This document shows positions 17,807 to 27,076 of a stretch of DNA of 64,000 nucleotides, one piece after another. This DNA comes from an uncultured Nitrososphaerota archaeon (GTDB lineage: Archaea; Thermoproteota; Nitrososphaeria; Nitrososphaerales; Gagatemarchaeaceae): the NCBI GenBank assembly GCA_963703285.1, contig OY969807.1, forward strand, positions 1,792,001 to 1,856,000, in the 5' to 3' direction. Every line of letters starts with the position of its first letter. Positions within the stretch are counted from its first letter, which is position 1. A model generated the notes under the pieces. It ran no database searches and was not told the DNA's origin. It was given only the letters and a program-made list of their open reading frames with translations. Position numbers and translations under genes: made by a program.

Positions 17807-17852
17807 GCGATTCTCTAACGATTAGGGAAGAATCTCGGAAATTTCCTAAATA
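17807..17852 (+). promoter_or_regulatory. putative operator/promoter, copy 2
   Basis: 40/46 identical to 11686-11731; directly upstream of the ABC permease. Confidence 0.7.
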
Positions 17853-17882
17853 TGCTATCGGACGGAGCCCGGACAGCTGCAC

Positions 17883-19178
17883 TTGTCCTCGTGGAGTTTG
17901 GCGGCCCGAAGCCTCCGCCGGCGGAGAACCCGGACGATATTCACGGTCTCAGGGATAGTAGTGGGTGTCGCCATGATACTCGTCCTGCTTTCGCTCGCGG
18001 CGGGGACCTCAACCCAGACCGGCGGGCTCCTCAGGAACCTGGTCGGAGCGCAGATAACCGTCGTGAACGACACGACCCCGACCTTCACTGGGGGCGGCAC
18101 GAGCTTCAGCTTCACTGGGGGCGGCGGCGCCGGAGGGTTCGGGGGTGGCGGGTTCCGGGCCTTCTTCGGTACGGGCACCACCCTCAACGAGTCGCTCACG
18201 GGCACCATAGCGTCGATCTCGGGGGTCTACGCCGTCTCGCCGCAGCTTACCACGACCGGATACATAGACGGTGAATCCACGTTCCTCTATGGAATCGACC
18301 CGAGCACCTACTCGAACGTCACGGACGGGCTCAGCATAGTGAGCGGGGCGATGCTTCCAACGTCCTCTGGAGGAAATCCCATAGTGCTGTCCAGCGCCCT
18401 CGCCAGCGAACTTGGCGTCACAGTAAACTCCGGCGTAACGGTCGGTGCGAACTCCACGGGCGGCGCAAGCTACATCGTGGTCGGAATCTACAATCCCGGG
18501 ACCACGTTTGGTCCCCAGTCAAACACCGCCTACGTCTTGCTCCCCGCCGCCCAGAGCATCGCGGGAGAGGCGGACAAGGTAAGCGAGATCTACGTAAAGA
18601 CCGACAGCTCGAACCTCGTGAGCTCTGTGGCGAGCCTGATTGACTCCACAGTCTCGGGCGTCGTGGCGAACACGGCTTCAACCGTGACGACCGCCGCCTC
18701 AACTCTGACGACCACCCTCTCCTCCTTCTTCACCGTGATAGGGCTGGTGGCGCTCATGGCGGGCGGATTCGGGGTGATCAACACCATGCTGATGTCGATC
18801 AGCGAGCGCACCCGCGAGATCGGGACCCTCAAGGCGATAGGCGCGAGGAAGGGTGACATCATGAGGATGTTCCTCAGCGAGGCGTTCCTCATCGGTCTCA
18901 TAGGCGCGGGGGTGGGTGTCGCCATCGGGATCGTCGTCTCGATAGCGCTACCGTCGCTGAGCGGCGCGGCGTCCGGAGCCGGGCCGGGTGGATTCTCGTT
19001 TCCGGGAGGCGGGGCAGCGGCAAGAGAGGTGATACAAGGAGGCCTGGAGACGGCGCTGACGACGAGGAACCTGTTGATCAGCCTCGGACTCGGAGCGCTC
19101 GTGGGAACGCTGGCTGGCATCTATCCCGCGTGGCGGGCATCAAGGATGGACCCCGTGGAGGCGCTAAGGCATGTCTGA
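17883..19178 (+). CDS. ABC transporter permease (MacB/FtsX family)
   Basis: RRTRTIFT..GIVVGV, ERTREIGTLKAIGA and YPAWRASRMDPVEALR. Confidence 0.95.
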   Translation: MSSWSLAARSLRRRRTRTIFTVSGIVVGVAMILVLLSLAAGTSTQTGGLLRNLVGAQITVVNDTTPTFTGGGTSFSFTGGGGAGGFGGGGFRAFFGTGTTLNESLTGTIASISGVYAVSPQLTTTGYIDGESTFLYGIDPSTYSNVTDGLSIVSGAMLPTSSGGNPIVLSSALASELGVTVNSGVTVGANSTGGASYIVVGIYNPGTTFGPQSNTAYVLLPAAQSIAGEADKVSEIYVKTDSSNLVSSVASLIDSTVSGVVANTASTVTTAASTLTTTLSSFFTVIGLVALMAGGFGVINTMLMSISERTREIGTLKAIGARKGDIMRMFLSEAFLIGLIGAGVGVAIGIVVSIALPSLSGAASGAGPGGFSFPGGGAAAREVIQGGLETALTTRNLLISLGLGALVGTLAGIYPAWRASRMDPVEALRHV

Positions 19179-19923
19179 GGTGACCATCCAGACGCAGCGC
19201 GTCTCCAAGTCGTACACGCGCGGGAGGCTGTCCGTCTCTGCGCTGAGCGGGGTCGACCTGGAGATCCGAAGGGGCGAGACCATCGCGATAATAGGCCCAT
19301 CGGGGTCCGGCAAGACCTCCCTGCTCAACCTGATCGGCGGCCTCGACGCCCCCAGCGGAGGGAAGGTCATCGTCGACGGGGCCGACCTGAGCGAGCTCGG
19401 CGACGACCAGCTGGCGAAGTACAGGCTGCAGAAGGTCGGCTTCATCTTCCAGTTCTACAACCTGATGAGCACGCTGACGGCGGTCGAGAACGTCGAGGTC
19501 CCCATGACCTTCGCAAAGGTGCCCAAGAACGAGAGGCGCCTCCGGGCCACAGAGCTCCTGAGGGACGTGGGGCTGCAGCTGCGGGCGAACCACATGCCCG
19601 ATGAGATGAGCGGCGGCGAGCAGCAGAGGGTCGCGGTTGCTCGGGCGCTCGCGAACAACCCATCCATCTTGCTGGGCGACGAGCCCACCGGAGACCTGGA
19701 CTCGAAGTCGGCGAAGTCTCTGATGGACCTGCTCAGGTCGCTGAGGAAGGACAGGCAGATGACCCTGGTCTTCGTGACCCACGACCCGCTGGTCGTCGCG
19801 CGGTGCGACAGGGCCTACGCCATCAGGGACGGCAAGATCACACGGCAGCTTTCCAGAAAGGACATCGACAACGCCAAGCTCTCGGACAAATTCGACAACG
19901 CGATGCTCGAGGGTGTCTACTAG
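19171..19923 (+). CDS. ABC transporter ATP-binding protein (LolD-like)
   Basis: GPSGSGKT, MSGGEQQR and DEPTGDLD. Confidence 0.95.
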   Translation: MSEVTIQTQRVSKSYTRGRLSVSALSGVDLEIRRGETIAIIGPSGSGKTSLLNLIGGLDAPSGGKVIVDGADLSELGDDQLAKYRLQKVGFIFQFYNLMSTLTAVENVEVPMTFAKVPKNERRLRATELLRDVGLQLRANHMPDEMSGGEQQRVAVARALANNPSILLGDEPTGDLDSKSAKSLMDLLRSLRKDRQMTLVFVTHDPLVVARCDRAYAIRDGKITRQLSRKDIDNAKLSDKFDNAMLEGVY

Positions 19924-19940
19924 GCGCAAGAAGGCGCGTC

Positions 19941-20786
19941 TTACGGCCCCGAGGCGGTCTTCTTCGGGCCGGCGTGACGCGCGGCCTTGGACTTCATGGC
20001 CCTGCCCACCCTCGCACCCGTTTCCTTCTGCTCATCGCTGGCCGTCCCGAGCTTCTCCATCATCCTGAGGCTGTCCTCGACGGCGTGTCCCCGGGAGTGA
20101 TTGCAGAAATATCCGTAGACCTCCTTGACTCTTCCTTCGACCTCCCTGACCCTGGGGACCCACGCGTCCAGCTCCGCGTCGTCGTATCTGTAGTCGGTCC
20201 AGGTCTTCTCGCCTCTCCCGTGCCACCTTATCACGGCGAAGTCTGTCGTGACGACGGGCTCGGCGGGGAGCAGCGGCGCGTCGTCTATCACGCTCGCGAT
20301 CTTGCACTGCCTGAGCAGGTCCCACGTCTCCGCCCTGTGCCACGATTTGTTCCGGAACTCGACGGCGAACTTCACGTCGGTGGGCAGGGCTCCGAGGAAG
20401 TCAATCAGCCTCCCCAGACCGTCCTCGTACCCAAAGTCCTGCGGGAGCTGGAACACCAGGGGCCCGAGCTTTCCGGCGTCCTCCAGAGGTCTCAGGTCGA
20501 GCAGGAAGTGCATCAGGTCCCGGCCCGCTCCCTTCTGGACGTCGAGCCTCCTGTCGTGCGTTACAAGCCTCGGCACCCTCGCCGAGAAGACGAAGTCGTC
20601 GGGTGTAACCCTGACGCACGCCTGGATCATCGCCTTCGACGGATACTCGTAGAACGTCGTGTCGATCTCGACCGTCCTGAACGTCTTCGAGTAGTAGGCG
20701 AGCTTGCCCGTGTCGGCCCTGGGATAGAAGACTCCCTCCCATTCTCTATAGGACCAGCCCGAGGTGCCCAGACGCGTGATTGCCAA
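19941..20786 (-). CDS. DUF72 protein, copy 2
   Basis: LGTSGWSY, VEIDTTFY, AVEFRN and IRWHG; closely parallels copy 1. Confidence 0.9.
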   Translation of the reverse strand: MAITRLGTSGWSYREWEGVFYPRADTGKLAYYSKTFRTVEIDTTFYEYPSKAMIQACVRVTPDDFVFSARVPRLVTHDRRLDVQKGAGRDLMHFLLDLRPLEDAGKLGPLVFQLPQDFGYEDGLGRLIDFLGALPTDVKFAVEFRNKSWHRAETWDLLRQCKIASVIDDAPLLPAEPVVTTDFAVIRWHGRGEKTWTDYRYDDAELDAWVPRVREVEGRVKEVYGYFCNHSRGHAVEDSLRMMEKLGTASDEQKETGARVGRAMKSKAARHAGPKKTASGP

Positions 20787-20864
20787 GGAGCGACCAAGCG
20801 CTCCCTTCTGGGCCGTATTAGGCTTGCTCAGAGTCCTGCGTCTGTAGCGAGGGCACCGGGCGAG

Positions 20865-21212
20865 TCAGGCGGGCTTCGTCTGGGTCGGCTTCTTCGCGTT
20901 TCTCACGACCACAAGGGTGCATTTCGTCGCCATCGCAGCGACGACGCCCGCCGCGGCGAGCCACGGGGCCAGGAGGAACCCGACTACGCCCGCCGTCACG
21001 GGTATCTCAAGGAGCTGCTTCCCGTTCTCGTCCTTCACGATGATCTTCGAGACGTTCCCTTCGTGGAAGAGCTCGCTCACCCTCCGCGTCAGGTCCTCCC
21101 CGGAGACGGAGAACTCCTGTGTCGTTGTCGGGTTGCCGATGTCGGCTCCGCAGACGTGGCAGAACTTCGCGTTTTCCATCAGAGACGCGCCGCACTCGGG
21201 ACACGATTCCAA
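20865..21212 (-). CDS. zinc-ribbon + DUF4342-like protein
   Basis: CPECG...FCHVCG followed by EGNVSKIIVK...LEIPVTAG. Confidence 0.8.
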   Translation of the reverse strand: MESCPECGASLMENAKFCHVCGADIGNPTTTQEFSVSGEDLTRRVSELFHEGNVSKIIVKDENGKQLLEIPVTAGVVGFLLAPWLAAAGVVAAMATKCTLVVVRNAKKPTQTKPA

Positions 21213-21296
21213 CTTGCTCTCCTCTCACCGTCGCAGCGCGCCGAGCTATAAGCCATGCATCGGGCGCGCGGTCCCCGCCCGCTGCTTGGCAGAATG

Positions 21297-21743
21297 CTAC
21301 TTGATTCCGCCCTCGACGAACTTGGTGCCCGTGTTGGTGAGCACGTAGGCCTTGAGCCCGTCCTTCTCGTCGTTCACCTGCATCATGTGTCCCTTCCAGA
21401 CGTTCTTCAGAATCTTGTCCGCGACGTTGCCCGGCACCTTCTCCCTGGCGTCCACGAATCCCTTCTCGATGTCCTTGGCGTTGAAGGAGGCGAGGCCAGA
21501 CTGCTTCTCGAGGTAGTAGCCTATGACGAGCGACCTCTGGACGTCGTCGGTCGGGCCCTTCTCCATCATGAACTGCCTCACGCTCTGCACCTTGGGAGCG
21601 GGCGCTACGGCCTGCGGGGCAGCTGCAGCGGCGACGGTGACGGCGACCTCGGAACCGCCCACCTTCTGCTCGAGAGCCTTGATTCTCCTCTCGTGTTCTT
21701 GCAGAAGGGCCTCCAGCCTGGACAGCGTGTCTTGGCTACTCAT
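21297..21743 (-). CDS. hypothetical protein (coiled coil + possible winged helix)
   Basis: Clean ATG ORF; wing-like ending YVLTNTGTKFVE. Confidence 0.65.
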   Translation of the reverse strand: MSSQDTLSRLEALLQEHERRIKALEQKVGGSEVAVTVAAAAAPQAVAPAPKVQSVRQFMMEKGPTDDVQRSLVIGYYLEKQSGLASFNAKDIEKGFVDAREKVPGNVADKILKNVWKGHMMQVNDEKDGLKAYVLTNTGTKFVEGGIK

Positions 21744-21871
21744 ACCATCAATCGCCCGATGCCTGCACTTCTCTCTACTTTAATTCTTGCAGGACGACTC
21801 CCAGACGGCCCTTCTTGTCCTTAACCGCGCCTCGTAAAAGGATAAAATCATGGCGAACTGGCGCTCAATAC

Positions 21872-22015
21872 ATGCCGAGACGCAAGGTGGAAAGACGGGC
21901 TCACAATAAGAACGAGGAGATTTTGGATTCATTCGAGAGCTGGTTGAAGCACCAGAAGCCGAAGCAGGTAAGGGCGAAGACGGGTTTCATAAGCGAGCCC
22001 GCCGAGAAGGCGTAG
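21872..22015 (+). CDS. small basic hypothetical protein (47 aa)
   Basis: ATG ~25 nt after GATAAAA box. Confidence 0.45.
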   Translation: MPRRKVERRAHNKNEEILDSFESWLKHQKPKQVRAKTGFISEPAEKA

Positions 22016-22116
22016 CGAGCACACCCGTTCCCTCCTCCCCTCTCGCAATCACCCTCGGGGCTGCCCGGGAGTCGCTCGGCTAATTCTTTTAACCGGTCTT
22101 ACACGGACCTCAACGC

Positions 22117-22353
22117 ATGGCTTCAATCAGGGTCCCTGATGACGGCAGCGCCCCAATCGTAGGGAAGGGTCTCGAGACGCCGTTCAAGCAGGGGGAATAC
22201 TACGTCTTCGACACGGCGGACAATCTGGCCCATTACTGGAACAAGCTCCCTCCCGGAAGGAGGGCGGAGCTCGTGAAGCAATCGAGGAAGGAGGGCAGGG
22301 ATCTGCGCCTCATCCTTGACGGCTTCGTGCACAGGCCCGCCAAGACCAAGTAG
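22117..22353 (+). CDS. hypothetical protein (78 aa)
   Basis: ATG ~25 nt after TTTTAA; host-like codon usage. Confidence 0.6.
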   Translation: MASIRVPDDGSAPIVGKGLETPFKQGEYYVFDTADNLAHYWNKLPPGRRAELVKQSRKEGRDLRLILDGFVHRPAKTK

Positions 22354-22392
22354 AAGCGCGTTCGCCACCGTCGACCGCCTGGAACGGACTCT

Positions 22393-23487
22393 CTAGGCTC
22401 TGCTCTGGCCATCGAAGCTCTCGATTCTCAAGGAGTCTCTCTCCAGCCCCGAAACCCTGACCCCTACGAGCCGAACCCCTTCGCTCCTCGACTCGAACTC
22501 CTTCAGCAGCTCCGCCGCGGTCGTCCTAAGGATCTCCTCGCTGTCCGTGTAACCCGGAAGCGTCCTCTCTCTCGTGTGAGTCTCGAAGTGGCTGAACCTA
22601 ATCTTTATCCCCGCGACCCTGAACCTGACCATGGCGTGCAGGACCCTGCCCCTGAGCTCGTGAGCGGCATCACCGGCCTCCGAGTAGACCTTCTCGAAGT
22701 CGTGGACGTCCTCCCTGAACGTCCGCTCAACCGCCAGCGACTTGGGCATCTCGCGTGCGCGGACGGGAATCCTCTCCTGGGCGTGGACGACGCCCCAGAG
22801 CCAGACACCCGTCTTCCCGAACCAGGCCAGCAGCTGCTTCCCGGGGACCGCCTGCAGCTGGGCTATCGATTCGACGCCCCTCTCCCTGAGGAAGGTCTGC
22901 GTCTTCTTCCCGACGCCCGGTATCACGGAGACGGGCAGGGGAGCGATGAAGGCCGCGGCGGAGTCCAGCGGAACGACGGTCAGCCCATCGGGCTTCCGCA
23001 TGTCCGAGGCTATCTTCGCCGATGACTTGTTCGGGCCTATCCCGATCGAGGACGAGAGCCCATGGACCTGGCGCACCGTCTGCTTGACCACCAGGGCGAG
23101 CTGCTCCGCCTCAGAGGCGTTGCCGGCGCGCCCGCTGACGTCGAGGAAGGCTTCGTCGATGCCCGTCTGCTCGAAAGAGTCGGCGAACCCCCTCAGCGTC
23201 TCCATGACCTCCTCGGAGACCCGCTCGTAGAGCTCGAAGTTGGGGCGCAGATACACCGCCGAGGGGCAGAGCCTCCAAGCGCGTGATATCGGCATCCCGG
23301 ACCGCAGGCCGAACTTTCGGGCCTCATAGGAACACGCGATGACCACGCCCCTCCCCCTCCCCTGCTCGGGGTCGGCCCCCACGACGACGGGAAGCCCCCG
23401 GAGCGACGGTTTCTCCCTGGCCTCGACCGAGACGTAGAACGCATCCAGGTCCACGTGGAAGATTATTCGGCGCGCGTCTTGCTGCAT
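22393..23487 (-). CDS. dinB: DNA polymerase IV (Y family)
   Basis: HVDLDAFY, SYEARKFG, GIDEAFLD, KIASDMRKPDG and little-finger domain. Confidence 0.97.
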   Translation of the reverse strand: MQQDARRIIFHVDLDAFYVSVEAREKPSLRGLPVVVGADPEQGRGRGVVIACSYEARKFGLRSGMPISRAWRLCPSAVYLRPNFELYERVSEEVMETLRGFADSFEQTGIDEAFLDVSGRAGNASEAEQLALVVKQTVRQVHGLSSSIGIGPNKSSAKIASDMRKPDGLTVVPLDSAAAFIAPLPVSVIPGVGKKTQTFLRERGVESIAQLQAVPGKQLLAWFGKTGVWLWGVVHAQERIPVRAREMPKSLAVERTFREDVHDFEKVYSEAGDAAHELRGRVLHAMVRFRVAGIKIRFSHFETHTRERTLPGYTDSEEILRTTAAELLKEFESRSEGVRLVGVRVSGLERDSLRIESFDGQSRA

Positions 23488-23494
23488 GTCGCTG

Positions 23495-24319
23495 CTAGAA
23501 TCCTGTGAGTGTCCCCTGGGCCGTGTCGGTGGGTCCTAGGTCCTGCTTGTCCTTCCAGTCCAGCTCGATCATCCCGAGGAGCCTTCGGAACTCGTTGACC
23601 GATTCCGGACCGAACCCTGCGAAGTGGTTGTTGAAGAAGACGTAGGCGCTCTCAATCGAGTCGCTCTTCTCCTTGAGGTTCGAGGCCCACCTCTCCAGAT
23701 CCCCGCCGCGTTCCTTCTGCTTGCCCGAGAACTCGGTAATATCCCGCTCGCCGACCATCCGCAGGACCGCGAAGTCGGCCGTGACCTCCGCAGGTGTCTC
23801 CAGATACTGGTTCAGGGACCACGTCATCGCGACGTTGTGCTCCTCGAGCAGCCTGTACACCTCCGGAGTGAACCACGACTTGTGTCTGAACTCGATCGAG
23901 TGCTTGTACTTCGGGTTCAGGAATTCCACGAACTTCTTCATCACCGACATGTGCTTCTCGGCCTTGACCGACGGAGGGAGCTGGGCGACGATGGGTCCCA
24001 GCTTGAATCCGAGTTTGCCCACGACGCCGTAGAAGTAGGTGAGGGTGCTCTCGAAGTTCTCCAGCTTGCTTTCGTGGGTAATCTTCTTGGAGAGCTTCGG
24101 GCTGAAGACGAACCCGTCGGGCGTCGCCCTCTTCCACTGCTCTATCATGAACGGGCTGGGTATCCTGTAGAAGCTGGAATCTATCTCCACGCAGTCGAAG
24201 ACCCGCGAGTAGAACCTGAGGTAGTCCTTGGCGGGCAGGTCCTTTGAGTAGAAGGGCCCGGCCCAGTCCTTGTAGGACCAGCCACTGCATCCCACCTTGA
24301 CCTTCGTTGCGAGCGACAA
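23495..24319 (-). CDS. DUF72 protein, copy 3, co-oriented 7 nt upstream of dinB
   Basis: VGCSGWSY, VEIDSSFY, QLPPS, IEFRH, FFNNH; ends QGTLTGF. Confidence 0.9.
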   Translation of the reverse strand: MSLATKVKVGCSGWSYKDWAGPFYSKDLPAKDYLRFYSRVFDCVEIDSSFYRIPSPFMIEQWKRATPDGFVFSPKLSKKITHESKLENFESTLTYFYGVVGKLGFKLGPIVAQLPPSVKAEKHMSVMKKFVEFLNPKYKHSIEFRHKSWFTPEVYRLLEEHNVAMTWSLNQYLETPAEVTADFAVLRMVGERDITEFSGKQKERGGDLERWASNLKEKSDSIESAYVFFNNHFAGFGPESVNEFRRLLGMIELDWKDKQDLGPTDTAQGTLTGF

Positions 24320-24433
24320 CGCTTGGAATGTCCCCTTCCTGATAATAAATGTGATTCATGCAGGTCCTCCGGAGACGTGCGACGCCAGGTCGCTCGCAAA
24401 CGTTTATCGGCCGAGGGCGCGACGACGCAGCGA

Positions 24434-24907
24434 ATGATTCGGTGGCCAGAGAGATACCGCCCGGAGACGGCGGCCGTCCACGTCAGGAACGAGATTGAGA
24501 TTCCCGCTACGCCTGAGACGGTCTGGGCCTGGCTCATCAGGGCGACGCTCTGGCCGACCTGGTATGCCAACTCGCAGAACGTCAGGATAGACAGCGGCGG
24601 GAGCGACCTTGCGGCTGGCTCCAAGTTTCGCTGGAAGACGTTCGGCGTCACCCTGAACTCCAGCGTCGAGGAGTTCTCTCCTCCGGAGCGTCTCTCGTGG
24701 AGCGCCCGCTCGACCGGCATAGACGTCTATCACGGCTGGCTGATTGAGAGGACGCCCGCCGGTTGCCACGTCCTGACGGAGGAGAGCCAGAACGGGCTCG
24801 CCGCCCGCCTCTCGAACGCCCTGAGGCCCAACAACATGAGCAGGTATCACCAGCTCTGGCTGGAGCGGCTTCTCTTGAAGGCGAAGACCGGTCTGCCTCC
24901 CACCTGA
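24434..24907 (+). CDS. SRPBCC/polyketide cyclase family protein
   Basis: IEIPATPETVWAWL...WPTWY and PPERLSW. Confidence 0.85.
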   Translation: MIRWPERYRPETAAVHVRNEIEIPATPETVWAWLIRATLWPTWYANSQNVRIDSGGSDLAAGSKFRWKTFGVTLNSSVEEFSPPERLSWSARSTGIDVYHGWLIERTPAGCHVLTEESQNGLAARLSNALRPNNMSRYHQLWLERLLLKAKTGLPPT

Positions 24908-24954
24908 CTCAACCTTATATTACCCGGAGGCCTTCGCGGTCTAGGTCCCGTGCG

Positions 24955-25182
24955 ATGCCGACCCTGAACTTTGCCGACGCCAAGAAGAGGGTAGCCGAAC
25001 AGCTCAAGACTGCGGTGGGAGCGGAAGATTTCGACGTGACATCGGCAAAGCTCGAAGAGATTCAAGGAGTCTGGAGGTTCGACGTCGAGTACAGGAAGCC
25101 CAAGGCCATGTTCCCGGACACCGCCTTCCTCATCCTGGACGCCATCACGGGCGAGGTCAAAGAGTTCAGGAAGGGCATGTGA
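24955..25182 (+). CDS. small PepSY-like hypothetical protein
   Basis: VWRFDVEY...ILDAITGEV pattern; TTATAT box upstream. Confidence 0.6.
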   Translation: MPTLNFADAKKRVAEQLKTAVGAEDFDVTSAKLEEIQGVWRFDVEYRKPKAMFPDTAFLILDAITGEVKEFRKGM

Positions 25183-25235
25183 CGGGACCAGCCGCCCGCC
25201 TAGCCCTTCTTTCCCTTGGCCGGCAGGCCGGACGC

Positions 25236-25553
25236 TCATGACAGGGACCTGGCAACCCACGTACCTGCCTTCTGGCGGTCAGCTCTCCACCCGTCGGGCA
25301 CGACGACGTACCCCGACATGGGCCTGCCCTTCATCGGAGCAAACCTCGATGCTCCCTCCTCCCTGAGGAGGACAGCCTGGTCATGGTCGGAGAGCCGGAC
25401 GAAGAGCTGCTTGCCGAACAGGCCCGCGAAGAGGTTCCCATTCACGAAGGCCGCGTCGTTGCCGAACATCGGTCGCACCGTCACGCGCACGTCCTTGGGC
25501 AGGACCGATTCCAGGAATACCCTGTCTTCCGCCGTCGATCGCGGCAACTTCAT
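25236..25553 (-). CDS. TfoX/Sxy N-terminal family protein
   Basis: RPMFG..AAFVNGNLFAGL, FAPMKGRPMSGYVVVP. Confidence 0.85.
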   Translation of the reverse strand: MKLPRSTAEDRVFLESVLPKDVRVTVRPMFGNDAAFVNGNLFAGLFGKQLFVRLSDHDQAVLLREEGASRFAPMKGRPMSGYVVVPDGWRADRQKAGTWVARSLS

Positions 25554-25554
25554 C

Positions 25555-26537
25555 TCAGACGTACCCCAGGACGGCCTGCGGTATGTAGGGCTCCTCGAGG
25601 TACTTCGCCTCTTCGGGAGAGACCTTCACCTCGAGCAATCCTACGAACTCCTCCAGGTGTTCCACCTTGGTGGTGCCGACGATGGGCGCAGTCACCTCCC
25701 TGTGGAGCAGCCAGGCGATGGCTACCTGCGTGGGAGTGGCACCCTTGTTGGCTGCCACCTCCTTCGTCCTCCTGACTATCTCATCGTTTGCAGGCCTCCC
25801 GACATACCTCGAGTAGGCCATCGACCCCGGCGAGACTCTGCTGTTGTCCCTCTCGGTCGTGACAATCTTGCCGTCCTCGAAGTACTTCCCGGAGAGGATT
25901 CCGGCTGCCGTCGGGCTCCACGGTATCAGCGCGACCTTCTCGGCTGCGCAGAGGGGATTCATCTCCCTCTCCTCCTCGCGGTAAATCAGGTTGTAGAGAT
26001 TCTGCATGCTCACGAAGCGAGCGTATCCCTTCACGTCGCTCGTGTAGAGAGCCCTGCAGAACTGCCAGGCCCACATGCTCGACGCCCCGATATACCTGAC
26101 CTTCCCCGCCCTCACGAGCTCATCGAGGACCGAGAGGGTCTCCTCGATCGGAGTGTCATAATCCCACCGGTGGGTCTGGTAGAGGTCGACATAGCCCGTC
26201 CCCAGCCTGCGGAGAGATTCGCCGAGCGCGTGGTGGACGTGCTTGCTGGAGAGGCCCTTCTGGTTGACGCCTTCCCCCATGGGGCTGTACACCTTTGTCG
26301 CCACGACTGCGTCCTCTCGGGCCCCTTGAGGAACTCGCCCAGGATCTCCTCCGACCTCCCCCTCGAGTAGACGTTGGCGGTGTCGTAGAAGTTTATCCCG
26401 AGGTCCCAGGCTCGCTTCAGGACGGCCTTCGCGCCCTCCCCATCAACCATCCAGGGGGACTGGGTCCCGAAGGTCATGCATCCCAAGCAGATTCGAGAGA
26501 CCTTCAACCCAGTCTGGCCGAATCTCACATACTCCAT
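25555..26537 (-). CDS. aldo/keto reductase, frameshifted at ~26320
   Basis: GLKVSRICLGCM, FYDTANVY and SEEILG in one frame; ATKV, YVDLYQTH and WSP in the next. Confidence 0.9.
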
Positions 26538-26586
26538 GGACGACCTTGGGCCGGGTCGGCTATCAGCCTTTCCCGGGTCGATGGGG

Positions 26587-26973
26587 CTACCTATCGGCGC
26601 GCTTCAGGGAGACCGAGTTGATGCAGTATCTCATCCCGGTGGGCTCGGGCCCGTCGTCGAAGACGTGCCCCAAGTGGGACCCGCAGTTCGAGCACTCGGC
26701 CTCGGTCCTCCGCATGAAGAAGGAGTTGTCCGACTTCTCGGTGACCGATCCCTTCTCCAGCGGCTCCCAGAAGCTCGGCCAACCCGTCCCGGAGTCGAAC
26801 TTCGTCTCCGAGCTGAAGAGGGGGCTGTCGCAGACGACGCAGCGGTAGACGCCTGGCTCGTGGCTGTCCCAGTACTCGCCGGTGAACGGGACCTCGGTGC
26901 CCCTGTCTATGCAGACGTGGTACTGCTCCGCGGTGAGACGCTTCTTGAGACTGGCCTTGTCTTCCTTGAGCAT
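26587..26973 (-). CDS. msrB: peptide-methionine (R)-S-oxide reductase
   Basis: GTEVPF, KFDSGTGWPSF, HLGHVFDDGP and RYCINS. Confidence 0.97.
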   Translation of the reverse strand: MLKEDKASLKKRLTAEQYHVCIDRGTEVPFTGEYWDSHEPGVYRCVVCDSPLFSSETKFDSGTGWPSFWEPLEKGSVTEKSDNSFFMRRTEAECSNCGSHLGHVFDDGPEPTGMRYCINSVSLKRADR

Positions 26974-27076
26974 GACGAGAAATCCTCCCGGGAACGGTAT
27001 AAATCTTGGCCAGAATCTCTTCCACTTTTCCCGGGCGAAACTCTTTTGGCTCGCCGGGACGCGATACCGGGACAGA

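Noticed and set aside
11686-17852. The 46-bp repeat pair as att sites or CRISPR repeats
   Set aside because: Only two imperfect copies, each positioned as a promoter with a TATA box; no integrase, tRNA target or cas genes.
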